The notes beneath the pieces were generated by a model. It was given only the letters and a program-made list of their open reading frames with translations. It did not search any database and was not told where the DNA came from. 64,000 nucleotides of DNA from Hamiltosporidium tvaerminnensis FI-OER-3-3. Lineage: Eukaryota; Fungi; Microsporidia. The translations under genes were made by a program, and so were the position numbers. The stretch covers positions 434,001-498,000 of the forward strand of contig JAKIMF020000007.1 in assembly GCA_022605425.2 (NCBI GenBank). Reading direction: 5' to 3'. Shown here piece after piece: positions 26,380 to 39,853 of this stretch (within the stretch, counting starts at the first letter, position 1; every line of letters starts with the position of its first letter).

Positions 26380-28500
26380 TTTGCACACCAATACTGTTGG
26401 TTGTCTTTATATATGGTTATGTAACCCAAATCTATAAATAAGATATAAATGTCACGTCAAAAATTATACTTATTCGGGTTTCAGTCTTAAGAAATTTTAA
26501 AATTATCTTTAGAAGTAATACCAAATAAAAAATGAAACAATGCTTGAAATTTTATCTATTAATTAGTTTTCAATATATATGTCGCATTTTATATTGGTTA
26601 TAATGATATTAAGGTTTATATGAACAAATTAATTTTCAAATTTTATTAAACAGTGCGGCCTTTAGAATATTTTTAAGACTCATATTTATCTTTATATCAT
26701 GGAACGCATATTTTGATTCGATTCATTCTAACTTCTGTATAATGTATTTATGATTTAGGCATATATTTTTAAATATTTCGAAAACGTTCTGGACAGCCTG
26801 AAAAAAAAGACGCTTTTTTGCATTGTAGAATACATTTTTACAATTAAATAGAAATACAACCAAGTTCTTAGCGTATTTGATTTTTAATTCTTTGTAATAT
26901 ATAAGAAAAAAAATGATCAATGAGCTTGATATTTATCCTCTTATATAACTTTAAGTGTAATTTTTTGTTTTTTACTTTGATATATTCATTTTATCGTAGA
27001 TTTTGAAACTTCAAGCAAAAATATTTTCTTTCATTTCAATATTTTTAGCGCTATAATTCATTTTTAACCGACAAATTCTACCTATACTTCCCGTTTGAAA
27101 CAGGTGTCTCTTTATTTTGGGTTACCACATTCATAGATTAATTTATGACATGCAATAGCATTTGTCTAATCAGAAATTTGGTATTGTGCAGAACTTTACC
27201 AAGTTAGCTCCTTCTTATTGAGGTAAAAATGCTTAGTACATTTGGTCTAGATACTTATCTATTCTTGGTAATCATTAGACACAATATATTAGCTATCCCG
27301 GGGAGTCTGCTATTATACTTAAATATTTCTATATAATACCTAATTGATCATAAAAAAATATCAGTAAATGTCTCACCTCTTGCAACAATCATTGCTTATT
27401 TACAAAAATATGAATTTTCTTACATATATCCTAAAAAAAGAAAATTCGAATACATTTTACTGCATCTATATTCATTTATTCGTTCCGAATCTTTTATCAT
27501 GGGATTTTCTTGTGAATTCTGATTTTTTTTATTTTTATAAATATTTTTCTTTACTTTTAAAAAATCCAACTGAGAAGAAAGCGCAAAAAATAAAAAAGTA
27601 ATCATCATTAAATTTAAGTGAAAAATTAACATATAAAATACTTCTATTGAAAAATATACAGAATCATTTAAAAAGAATCTTTTAATCATCCGTGTAGCAA
27701 AATAGATGAGACGATTCGGCATAGATATAATTATATGAGCAATTTCTAAATAACTATTTTTTCCTTTCGTAAGATTCGATTAAAAAGAACTAATTTTCTC
27801 TTCTATCAAAAAATTTTTTATATTTTATCATAAATCCGAATCACTTTGTATTTTTTATATTTCAATAAGTATCGAAATCTCTCATTAGTAGCATTACATT
27901 GACATATTGGTTTTAAAACAAGATAGATGTACATCTGTCATTTTTTTCATAATTACTTACATATTCCATCCTTTCTTTACTCTTTGGTGTTAAGGATGAA
28001 ACAAATATTAGTTTTTCGGTTGTTTCTTTTAATTTGTTGTAACTTGTGATTATAGAAGCTTAATCTAGTGTTCCAGTATAGCTTATGTCCTACTACAATG
28101 GCGTAATAATTTTCTCCCCGATTATACACACTCGTTGCTTGCAGATGGGTTTAAATGTGACTATCCCCCTTCACCTTATTTTTTTTTCATATGATCACAT
28201 AATTGTCTTAAAAATTAAGCAAGAATCTTGTATAAATATAGATTTTATTGAAAACCTTAGGCATTAAAACCAGGGTCATCGTCATAAAATGGCATCTCAA
28301 TGTTTATATTTGAGTTTTCAAGATATTTTTCTTACTTTGCTGTTTATAAATTTTCCTCATGAATTGAATAAATTTCACTTTAGCAGCGTTTTACATGTAT
28401 TACCTTGGTATGCTTCAATAAATGTTTCCTCGATTACGTTTCGGAATTCTGATTGCAGTCAAAACCGATGCGCTTTTATGAATCGATTAATGTTCTTCTG
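26380..28500 (-). mobile_element. Possible decayed Ty3/gypsy pol remnant interrupted by a family A retroposon
   Basis: Fragmentary motifs in RT-RH-IN order: MPF/NA-like (~28280), MYIYL (~27925), IDA (~27465), IIAD (~27310) and TNSIG (~26395). Weak. Confidence 0.25.
27952..28177 (-). mobile_element. Family A non-autonomous retroposon, copy 1 (most diverged)
   Basis: Aligns to the other four copies from GGGGATAGTCACATT to GGAATATGTAAGTAA. Flanked by TTTTTTTCATA at 27941-27951 and 28181-28191. Confidence 0.8.
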
Positions 28501-29789
28501 TTTAATATCCTTCAAAAATTACATGCTTGTAATAAATTCTAATTGCATTTCTCAACTTTTCCTGATTATATAGCATTCTTGTTCGTGCAATATTAAAAAA
28601 AATCTAAAATTGGCAGTTTTTATCAAATAGTCTATTTAAATCACTTTTAAATCATCTTTTTTTCAAGATTACCGCCCACTCCTTCGAATATAATAAAATT
28701 TTCAAGAAATTTTAGAATTCCTGTTCTTTTTTTTCCAATAGTACCCAAATAGAAACTTTGTAAGTATACTCAGATTTTCTATAACTTATTCAAAGATATA
28801 TTTATGCGTTTAGAATTAAAGCATATACTAAGATCTTAGCTGATTATTTTTGTACGAATAAGTTGCAGGTAACTTCGAAACGAATCATAATCTTTAAACC
28901 TTCGATAATTCCGGTGATCATAGGGCATTTTGAAGAAGCGTTCTTTGGTTCTGATTTCTATTTGCGTATTTTCTGATGATTCTCTGGTTCTTTGCTATTT
29001 TATCAATATGAGTAAAAATATTTATACTTCGAAATTTGTCTGTGCTAATTCATCATAATCTCTATTGCTTCTTTAATGATTTTGCCAACTTCTGTCCTTT
29101 ATATCTTACTTTTTTGATGAATATTGTATAAATATAGGTTTTTTTAAATATATTTCTAATTTTAATCTGATTTCTAAGGAAATTTCTTGCGTTTTATGTT
29201 AAAATCTTTTAAGATTTCAATTTCATATTTGTTACAATTCATTTTATTTAGATTAAAATATTTGATCCTCAAAAAAACAATATGTTTTAATCTCTAAAAT
29301 ATGAACATAAAAAATAGATCGGAATCTTCCTTAAAGAAAGTTTAGCAAAAAAAAAACTTTTTAATTTTTTATATCGTATTTAATTCGAGGAATAAGCAAT
29401 ATTTGTGAAATAGTTTTAAATATAAAATTTTACCTGATTCGTTGAATAAAGAAATTAATTTATATAATAAAAGTTTAAAGAGAAGTTCAAGCTTCAAACA
29501 CTTATATTTAAACGGATTTTATATTTATCTCGTTTCTTATCGTACAAACTATTTTTGGAAAAAAAAGTAAATAAGCAGAAAAGGCGAATCGCTAAATTAT
29601 TAATACCTAGAACATGTTTGTATATCAATTAAATGAAAAGATAAATAGGTTAAATAACGAAGAAAATTTTAAAAAAGTCACTTTATAGAATTAGTATCTG
29701 GTTAAAACTATAAAAAAACGATACAATGGTTTTAAATTAAAAGGAAATAAAGCATTAGAAGAACCAAATTAAAATATAATGTACCATCT

Positions 29790-30515
29790 GTTTCTTTATT
29801 CAATCTTTAGAATCCATCATTTTTTCTTCTTTTTAATTTATTTACGATACTAACATTTGTTTTAAAATCTTCTGATATATTTGTTTGATCTATACAGACC
29901 ACTGGCAATCATTTAAATTATATTACTTTCAAAATTATGTGTGATTTCGATATTGTAGTTTTTTATGCTCTTTAATCTTTGTATTTGTAATTTGAGAGAT
30001 TTTTCATACAACCTAGCTTTTTCAACCGATTAATATAATCTGATTAAACCATAAATCTCGAGTATCGAGTATTTATAAATATATTTTTTATAGTCTATTT
30101 GATCGCGTTTGAACAACCATTAATCATTCGTCTGGTTTACATTTTTATCTAGCAATCGCATGTTATTACTTCAGTGCAATCATTAATTGAAATCTCACAG
30201 GATGATTTTTGAATGTAATTGTTTTTTTTTGCATTTTTCAATATATTTATAGTTTAATATTGCCTTTCAAAGCAAGATCATTTTGTTGTTTTCACAACTT
30301 TTGTTCATATAATTTTTCGAGTTATTTTTTTGTAGATTAACAATTTGCTAAAAGTAATAAATTTTGAGTAAAATCGTAAATATAATTTTTATTTAAAAAT
30401 ATTATATCTTTTTAAAAAACAGTGGCAAGTCTCACAGTCTTTTTATGACATCAACGCAGTTCTATTTTTAACATAAATAGCTGCTCATCAATCACACTTT
30501 CGCTATCCCGGCTGA
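29790..30515 (-). mobile_element. piggyBac transposase fossil
   Basis: Minus strand gives PG..VIDEQL (30478-30512), VITCD (30155-30169), KSHII..YN..G..DQ (~29890-29950) and KRRK..W (~29815). This matches the order and approximate spacing of the piggyBac DDD motifs. Confidence 0.45.
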
Positions 30516-31492
30516 ATCTACATCTCAAAGCCATTCCTTTGAAAGCTGTGTATAAACAAATTGATAGGCGATACAATAGCCTTGTGTTCGTCAATTTCCG
30601 TTGTATGGAGTGTAATTGTAATTATAAACCAACCTTCGGTCCCCCTTCGAGACTATGTAGCATTTTCACTTACTCTACGCTTTCCCAACTTATGGATTTA
30701 ACAGTCTTTTATATATATTACATAAAATAATTTAGACAGCGGTGTCAAAAGTATAAGTAAATATTAAACAACTTATTAAATGATCCATATTTTGAAAGGA
30801 ATATTTCTGAAAATAGAAAACGATATTTTATTATTTTGATGAAAAAATTCAGATTATAATCATAGAGAAAGGTTATGTAATGTATATAAAGAAACGTTCA
30901 GATAATAAAGGAAAATTGGAATATTTTTTATAACTTTTTTTGCAATATTTTCTTGACAGGGAACAATCCACATATGACTAGAGGTCCGAGTTCACGGTAC
31001 AAGACAAATCAGGAATGGTTTTTTTAGAAACCAGATATGTGGAATTTTACAATGAAAATAAAAATTAATGGATGTAGTAATTCAAACTAAAACAATGAAT
31101 ATTCAAATAATAAATTTTCACATTGTTAAGTTGAAGCCGAAATTAATATTAATCATCACTTACTGTTATTTTTACTTGTGAAATTCTAAAAAATATGTAA
31201 TTATTAAAATATTCCTATAAATTTTAATTACTTACAGATTTATTTTGGTAATTAAAAATTATCTTATCAAAAAAACAAAAGTTAAATTATTCTTTGATTT
31301 AAGAATCAGCTTAACAAAATTTATATTTTCAATAAAGAAACCAAAAAAATTGTTTAACTCGATGTATTTATTTAAATAAAAATTTTAAATTAAAAAATAT
31401 TTTTAAAAATTAAAAATATTTTTAGTAAGATTTCTTGCCTATAATTTTCCTTATACTTTAATTTTAAAAATGTATTTTGTTTTAGATTTGAT

Positions 31493-32407
31493 TTATGAGG
31501 CTTCGTTTTGTTTTAAAAATATTTCAAAATATTTTTCATATTCGTCCTCATTCATTTTTTCTTTGTCTTCTTCTGTAATTTGTGAAAATGATTTAGAAAC
31601 TCCATTCACATTTACAAATATAGACGATTCTTCTTTCACTTCATTCTTAGATTCTTCTTGTTTTTGGAATACTTTAAAACTGAGTTCAACATTTTTTTCT
31701 TCATTTTCGACAAAAATTTCCTGTTTTTCTTCCTCCTCTTGAATTTCGCAAATTTTATATTCACTTTTTAATGAACTTGATTTCATCATTTCTTTTCCCT
31801 TTCTCAAGGCAAGAACTTGGAAATAATCTATAGATGGTATATTATGCTTATCTAATTCTTTTAGCATTGAGATAACCTCACTGAGCTCATTCATCATAAT
31901 TGAATGTAACATATGTGGATCATCTATACTTGTTTTCCCTTTATTTTCGATAAGTTTACCAGAGCATTCATCACATTTAAAAATAAAATTTTCTAACAAT
32001 CTTTGTGCTTCTAAAACTCCAAATTCCTTGAAACACGAACTACACTTATACCCTTGTAATTTTTCAGTATTTTTTATTTCCTGTTCAAGAAATCTACTCA
32101 TTTTGAATATTTTATATTTTATGACATCTTTAATTTCACTATATACAATAAAATATACACAACGTAATAGTTGTCGGCCGTCACTCTTGGTTTCAATTTT
32201 TGTTTCAGCTTTTAACAATTTGTCATCTTTTAGTTTGACAACTAATCTGTTAAATTCTTTATTTAACATTTTCATCTTTTCACAGATCTCGTTATCATAC
32301 ATTATCATGTATTCAAGTAATATATCCATTATTACAGCATGATGAGTTTCATAAAACATTCGCATCGTTTTTTTTATAAGTTTTTTCATTATTTCTTCAT
32401 ATTCCAT
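31493..32407 (-). CDS. TFA1: Transcription initiation factor TFIIE alpha subunit
   Basis: N-terminal winged helix (MRMFYETHHAVIMDILL; IKDVIKYKIFKM), zinc ribbon CSSC...CDEC, and an acidic C-terminal motif VNVNGVSKSFSQIT..MNEDEYEKYF. Confidence 0.92.
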   Translation of the reverse strand: MEYEEIMKKLIKKTMRMFYETHHAVIMDILLEYMIMYDNEICEKMKMLNKEFNRLVVKLKDDKLLKAETKIETKSDGRQLLRCVYFIVYSEIKDVIKYKIFKMSRFLEQEIKNTEKLQGYKCSSCFKEFGVLEAQRLLENFIFKCDECSGKLIENKGKTSIDDPHMLHSIMMNELSEVISMLKELDKHNIPSIDYFQVLALRKGKEMMKSSSLKSEYKICEIQEEEEKQEIFVENEEKNVELSFKVFQKQEESKNEVKEESSIFVNVNGVSKSFSQITEEDKEKMNEDEYEKYFEIFLKQNEAS

Positions 32408-32410
32408 GGG
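32408..32410 (-). promoter_or_regulatory. CCC motif directly abutting the TFIIE-alpha ATG
   Basis: Minus strand reads aaatttatCCCATG. Confidence 0.6.
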
Positions 32411-33706
32411 ATAAATTTTCTCAATGTTTTAAATTTCTTATAAATTTAAATTCTTTATGTTTTAGTTTCAAATTCCTAATGTTTTCAATTTAAAACCACA
32501 CTTTTCGTTCAACAACACTTTTTTTTAAATTCAAAGATTATTTTACAGAAAATTTTAATTCTCTTACATTATTTTTAAGTGTAAATCTACTTTAGATTAT
32601 TAAATTTTATTTTGAGATTGATATTGGGTTCCTGTAATTGAGAACGTGCAATATTTTATAAAATAAATGATTTTAAACACTAAGAATGACTATTATTTAA
32701 GCATTCTTAAGCCTGTGAAATATCGAATATAAATTACAATAATTGTTCTCTATATTTTAAATAAATGATTTTGAAAGGAACCCCGAATAAAATATAAGAC
32801 TTTAAATGTTTGTATTTCGATCGAATCAATTCTAATATTTAGATGGTTCTCTCAATATTTTTGTTCACATTTATATATCTATTTTATTATTTACTTTATC
32901 TGTCCTGTATATTTATACTCAAGGTTTTTTTATATTTATAGTCAAGGTTTTGAATTCTGTATTTTTATCTAAACTTTTAAGCCAAAATTTTTGTATTTGC
33001 TTGCTTAACATTTTCTGCTTTCATTTGCAGGTATGTTTAATGAAGTTGTTTTTTGTTCATTGATTCTTGCGTTTGAACTATATTTTGGATGCGTTTTTGT
33101 ATACTATTTGTATACTATTTGTATTTAGCTTCAGATCTTTTTTTGTCACCGTTCGGAATATATAGTTTTGTGTATTTTTGTTCTACAGTAGACTTAATCC
33201 AGGCCTTCAATAATATTAGTATACGAAGCTTCTATGTTACAACCAATGATACTCGGTTTTTGAACCATCGAAAGTTATTATATATCCTGTTGTCTTAATT
33301 TCAAACTTCAAATTGTTTTTTTTAAGTACTAATACATCGGATCTTTTATTCTTAAGGCTTGAAAATTTCAAAACGAATCTTTTTGAGGTGAAAACACTTT
33401 TAAAGCGTAATATTATTTGGTTTTTTGTATCTTGAATCAATTTTTGAATCTGTATATTGAGATATTTTGTATTTCATTTTATTTCGCTTACATTTTTTTG
33501 AAATTTCTATCTCAAAGTGATAACTGATCTGTCTTGATACCTAAATGCATATTAGTGTAAGAGAAGTTAATTTCGAAGCTGAAAATTTATAGTTTGAGGC
33601 AAGAATTAGTCATAATGTAATTTCTACCGTATCTAGTTTTTTAACACAACTTTGGAATTTGTAAAATCCAAAACAATATTATATTTTTATATTGCTTATT
33701 AAAATA

Positions 33707-33923
33707 CGTGGAATGAGAAAATCAAATTCAAAAATATCTGCTTGGCATGAGTGCGTACATTCGTTGTAAAATCTTTGCTTCGGTTGTGGTAGGATATAAA
33801 CCACGGATATATAAGCCGATTCCCTATAGTCCCGAGTTATAACAGATTAAAAAAACAAATGAAAAATCAAATCTGTTCCTCCTCAACACTGGGAGGTAAA
33901 AGAGAAATGGAATAAGTAAGTAA
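33707..33923 (+). mobile_element. Family A non-autonomous retroposon, copy 2
   Basis: Contains GGATATAAACCACGG..GCCGATTCCCTATAGTCCCGAG..GGAATAAGTAAG. TSD TATTAAAATA at 33697-33706 and 33924-33933. Confidence 0.9.
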
Positions 33924-34249
33924 TATTAAAATAGATTTTTAACCTTGTAACCCTACAGAAAGCATTTTTTTTATTTTTATTTTAGCCTCTCTTTTTATAA
34001 GAAATCTGACAAATAAATACACAAACAATTTTTTTCTAGTTTTACATAAACCTGAATCCTATTTAAATTTTCTACTTTTGTATCTAAATGATTAATTAAT
34101 CTGTTCCTGAAATTTCTCTTAAATATAGTATTCTGACCAATTTTGCGCAGCATAAAATCATTTATTTTTTTAAACGATATGTTTTATTTAGTTTACATCT
34201 TAAGGATTGCTGCTTCAAGTAAATATATTTTAATGGTTTACAGAGGGTC

Positions 34250-35100
34250 TAAGAATTGCTATAGCATTCACTCTATTTAAATTTATGCTTTAAGATACTT
34301 TAAGTTTCTGTAATTGCAGAAAAAAAACATTCCTTATATGTCTGCTCAACCATTGTCTCATTTTTATCAAAACAGTATTAACTGCACAATCCAAATAAGA
34401 GTTAGGACTATCCAGGTTAATTACTAGAATATGATAATCTTTAACTATATGGCTTGTTAATTTATTCCCGATCTGATATTTTGAATGTAATCTAGTGTTA
34501 CAATTTTTTTTAACTCTGAATTGAAACTTGTTTTTAACGTCTCAAAGAATCATTGAGAGCATTTTTATTTCTGAATTTTAAAATTTTGTTAGGACCGTGA
34601 GTTTCTTAGATAACGATATACCTCCATTACATTTATAACCTATATGGATTTCTTCAGAATGCCCAAATGCTTCTTTTTGAACAAAAATTTCTACTTTATC
34701 TGCCATGCTGTCTTATTTTATTTAGAAGACATTATATCTAGTATAAGAAGTTTTAGGTATTTTTCTTGGCAAATTTAAATATTCCCAATTTTTTTTACTC
34801 ATTATAAGTTACAACATAAACAATATGAGTAGAATAGTTAATTTGTAGATATTCTTGCTATTTTCTTTAAGATTTTGATTTCCATGCATTATATTTTATT
34901 ATTTAAGTTTAATTAGAGCTTTTTGGGTTTAGCAGCATTTTATAAGATTTTTAACAGCTTTGAATCTGGCTTCTTTTACAAATAAATACATTTCATGTAG
35001 GATTTTTACTATAATATGATGTTTTGCGTATTTATAAGGTTGCTTGCTAGCCCTCTGTATATATATCCCAGCTGTAGTAATATCTCAGCGCTTCTATGTT
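34250..35100 (-). mobile_element. Decayed N-terminal/RT portion of an R4/Dong-like copy
   Basis: Reverse strand has patchy similarity to 3590-4780 (ATTACTACAGCTG; ATAATGCATGGAA; CTAAGAAACTCACGGTCC; AACCTGGAT; TAGACCCTCTG). Boundaries approximate. Confidence 0.5.
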
Positions 35101-38100
35101 CTCACGTTTTTGTTATTTTGATAAGTTTTTAATATATAGGAGATTTTTTGTTTCTGAATCCGGTCATTTTATGTCTTTTAGAAGCAAATACCAGGTCTTC
35201 TGTTTATATTTAAAAAAATTAAAGTCATTGATGAACTTTAGTACAAATTTCAACCCCACGTTAAATATAATCTATATTTTCTCTGCATAAATTGATTATA
35301 AAGAAAGAAATATGAGAAATTGGTTTGATAGTATTTTGAAACTCAAACAAAGTCTTCTTAATAAAGGCTAAGAGTGTTTAGATTGCAATCAAATAATATA
35401 GAGATGTATAGTTTCATTATTAGTTTCGAAACAGGTAAATTCCAAGAAACCTTATGAATAAGGTTTTAAGATAGATTGGGTTATAATGATATATCTATGG
35501 ATTTTATTTCAGATCCATAAGCAGCATACATCTGAAAAATAGTCCATCTTTAACCTTATCACTTTATAAAGTAATCTATATTTATTCACCGGGCATTGAT
35601 GAATAGGATATCGAATTCTAAATTATTATATTGGTGACGTATAAATATAAATCTAAATCTAAATATACTTAAATTTAAATACTTATGTCTTTTCATCAGA
35701 ATTTTGAATTAAATTGAAATAATGTAGGGCTGTTAAAGCGCGCGAACTTACTCTAACCTTCAACTTTTTTTCTCGAGCATATAAAAAATCTCTTTTCGTT
35801 TCGCCAAATTTCTTCAATTTCTAGACTAAAATATAAATTCTCGCTATTTTCAAACTATTGATTCAACTAATAGATTTTAATATCAAGGTCATATTCAAAT
35901 TTTGGTTAAAATCAGGGCTTCTCAGATTTGATTCCTTTTATAATTAGCTTTTCTATCTGAGAAATTACATAATCTAAATTTTCTGTAAGAAATATTAATA
36001 CATCGGATATCTTCGTTTTAATAGATTTCTAACCAAACATTTTTCATTCTAATAATATTAAAAAAACTCCGAATCTTTATCAGATGAGTTTTCTCTGTAC
36101 TTTTTGCTTCGTTCTAAATCAAAAGACTTTGGCTAAGAATTATTTTGAAATATTCATAAGTGAATGTCGAGAATTCCCTTTTTTAATTACGTGGAAAGTA
36201 TGTAAGACCAATCCAGGATGCGCCTCAATAAACTTCATATACTCATGAATATGAGCAATGGTTTTGACTAGGAGTACGAAAAGGTATTCTTTTTTTAGCA
36301 GGGAATGCCGGGAGATCGTCCGGCAAAGCACAAGCTTATACTGAAATTAGGATTATAGGTTTTTTGCAAAAAATACAAATTTAATAAGACTAAGAAAAGT
36401 GTAAAGAAATATTTTGATATAATATTTCGTCGTTATACCTATGATTTCCAGACACATAGACAGTCTTTCTCGTTCTTATCTGAGTGAATATAAGCAAAAA
36501 AATCTAAACCCTTTTTTCTGTTTCTCTCTATTTTTTCTAAATTTCTGCCTCTTCGAAGTTATTCGAGCAAGCTTTTCGGGACGAATAGGTTTACACATTC
36601 ATAATTCTGATTGTAAACATACTCACCGGTGTATACATTCTCAATTGATCGGTAACTTAAGCCGAAGGGATATTATTGTGATAATACAAACCTGAAAATT
36701 TCTAATCTATTGTAAATAATAAGTTGTTAAATAATTTATGTTGTTTTTAGATAGTTAAATTAATTTAAAAAAAAAGAAATTGATTGATTATGGTGGACCC
36801 AGCTATGTCAAAAAAGCCAACGTAACATATGTATGCTGATTATGGATTTAATGGTACACTAGAAAATTATGTTACGCAAATGACCTCAATGTATTTCGTG
36901 TTCCAAGATATTTTCAGACAGCAATTTCAACCATTAAAGTAATTCGAGCATTTTAACAATCTGCATGGTGATAAAGGTACACATAGCATGGACAGTTTAA
37001 AGCCAACAAGGACACGATTAGATCTTGGTGGTATGCTTCTTAAATTTTTCAGGTCAGGAAATCAGAATCCTATTATAAGCAATCTATCAAAGAAGATTTC
37101 GTGTGTTTGAAGAAAATAAATCTCTCGATCCGTAAATAATTAAAAAACAAGTGATTAATAACAGCTAAAAAATTATGAAATTTCGAATCACATATTATTA
37201 TTCATCTGCTTTGTGATCGAATGTTAGAATTTGCACGCGAACTAAAGATCATAGTAAATATTTTTTACTACGAATAATAAATATCATAAAGGTTGGTCCA
37301 ACTAAGATAAGTATACGATTTGGTTGAGTAATCTTATGATGATAAGTGCAGTAAACGGCTATTACTTATGCGGCATGCAAAGGAAAGAAAATGATAGAGA
37401 AATTTATATTTTGTGAGTCGCTGAAGTTGAATTCGAGAGAAATTATGTTTTTAATATAACAAAAGATTTTTTTTAACATAAATTGCCATCGAAGTGTTAG
37501 AACAGTATGCACGGATAGGGCTCAAGGAATTTTAAGCGGAAATTCTAGATTTTTTCTTATATGAAAAGAGAATAACAGCAATTCAGAATAAGCCAGTGCT
37601 TGATACATAATAGTACATTTCCTTAGAAACTTTGCCCGAAATTTGCAATATACCCTAATTACTACAATAAACATTCTTGGAAAACCCTTGGAGTGGCTTT
37701 AAATCATTACATTATGCTTTTCCCTTGTTAAAAAATTGTGGCTGCTCTTACTTTAATTTTATATCAGGATGAAATAAGATCGTTTTCTCAAAGCCGCATG
37801 CTTAGCTAAGTTTTCGAATTATGCGAAAAATTATTTAGCAACTGACTAGTCAAACCTGTGATTTAGTAAAATATATTAAGAGTAAAGATGTTATTTCGAG
37901 ACCAATCAATCTAGCAAATATAAAATACCAATAGAATCAATCAGAAATATCTATAGGCCGACTTCTTCAACTATTATAGCTATTGAAAAATTATCTAAAT
38001 TTACAGGAAATCTAAAATTTTAAGGTAGCAAAATGAAATCAGGGATTTTGTAATCTTTTCTTTGCTTGATTTTATTTTGTTAAAAATTAAAAAAATACTT

Positions 38101-38639
38101 TATACCCGAAATATCACTGCATTAAAAATCATCGAGTGAATCATTCAGGGATGTTTTTATACTAGAAATATTATAAAAACTCAAAATGGAACATGATATT
38201 CATTTCTTTATAGCTCAAATTCGATGCATGATGGTGATTTAAAAAAAATTATTGAAATACGGGACAATTTATACATTCAAATAGAATTCGAACAGTTAGA
38301 ATTAGAAATAATCGGGTTTACATAGTTAGGTATTTATTTACAGTGGGCAAGGGAAGAGATGTATAACTTCTAAAATTTGCTACTAGCTAATTATGTGGAA
38401 TGGGTGTTCTCGGTTTTGCGTATAAAAACCAAAGCGAGAATCCTCTATGAGGCAAGTCATGGCCTACGCTGTACTTTTCAAACAAAGAGACTTGCTTTAC
38501 AAATATTATACGAAAAAGGCAGCGACAAAATACTTATTATTAAATTCATTTTTTGGTATATGATAGGTATGTGAAATTTTTTATATAGAATACAAATTTG
38601 CAAAACATTAAATTAATTTTTCATTGAGGTGCGGTGACA

Positions 38640-39054
38640 TATTTTCAGATTCTTAGATGTAGACTCAATTAAAAGCTTAAGAACCACTGATATAGAAGCA
38701 TAAATTTATTCGATGGTACACAAAAAAAGCCAAACAATTTCCTTTGAATTCAAGAGGAGGACTTGAGTTTGGACCCAAACCCGATGAAAGTGAGTTATCG
38801 GGTTACTATGAATGATATCAAAAAGGTTGGGATACATGAAGATTTAATACCTTTTCAATACAAACAAATAAAGAGCATGATTGTTAAATACACACAAAAC
38901 ACATAATAAAACATATTTTATTCTTCAAAGAGCACACCAGAGGAACTTAAAATAGATTAAAACAAATATTTAAATTGCTAGAGAAATTGAAAGGCGTTAA
39001 AGAGGTAGTGGAAACTATGGAAGTGTCGCATACCATCTTAACTCATAATTTTAT
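38640..39054 (+). mobile_element. 3' fragment of the R4/Dong-like element (may extend left to ~38150)
   Basis: ATATAGAAGCATA..TTTCCTTTGA..GAGGACTTGAGT..GTTAAAGAGG match 6210-6535. Ends TTAACTCATAATTTTAT. Confidence 0.75.
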
Positions 39055-39853
39055 CAAAAAAAATATTATTTATTATTAGATGTATTTGCGCAGGTTAATC
39101 CGTTTTTAATTTAACTCTAAATAAATTCCTCTGTTTCATATTTATCTCAATGATAAATGTAGGAATTCATTTGAAAATAAAATATAATATATTTTAGGTT
39201 AAAAAAATTCAAGCATCTGCTACCGATCAGACCATGGGTATATACTTTCGATACTACTAGAAAAAATGAAAAATACCATTTATTTCAAGACTAAATGTCG
39301 ATATGAGGAGGAGAACGCATCACGTGTTTGCATAAAGGAAAATAGAGATGAAGCAACACATTCACCCTTCTGCATATACCTGCTAATGAAGAAAGAGGCT
39401 TAATGCAAACAAATACTAAAATTTTTCAAATACAAAGTGTAGATTAACGCTCTGAAAAAAATCTTGAGCTAAACGAAAAAAAGAGGCAAATATAAAAACA
39501 TGAAAAAAACGAGGAGAAGACGGTGAAAACAACAAGTAAAGACAAAAAAAAACAATATGTTATTAGATCAATATACCAAATTTAGAAAGTATTAATTTAG
39601 ATATACAATTCTTAAGCTATAATTTTTATAATAAGCTATTCAATAGACTTCGAACCTCCTTAATTTGGAATAAATATGTCTGAAACTTATAAAATATAGC
39701 GAAAGTTTCTGCAAGCTTTTATTCAGTTTTTTCCGTAGGGAAACGCCCGGCTATAATTAAAAAAGTAATAACATAAAGATTTGAAGTTTAAATATAATTT
39801 TATGATTCATATTTAAAAACTTTTAATTTATTTACTTTTATTTTTTACTTTAC

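Noticed and set aside
31470-32342. Plus-strand ORFs overlapping TFIIE-alpha (similar cases inside the 807-aa and Rad60-like genes)
   Set aside because: Antisense shadow ORFs.
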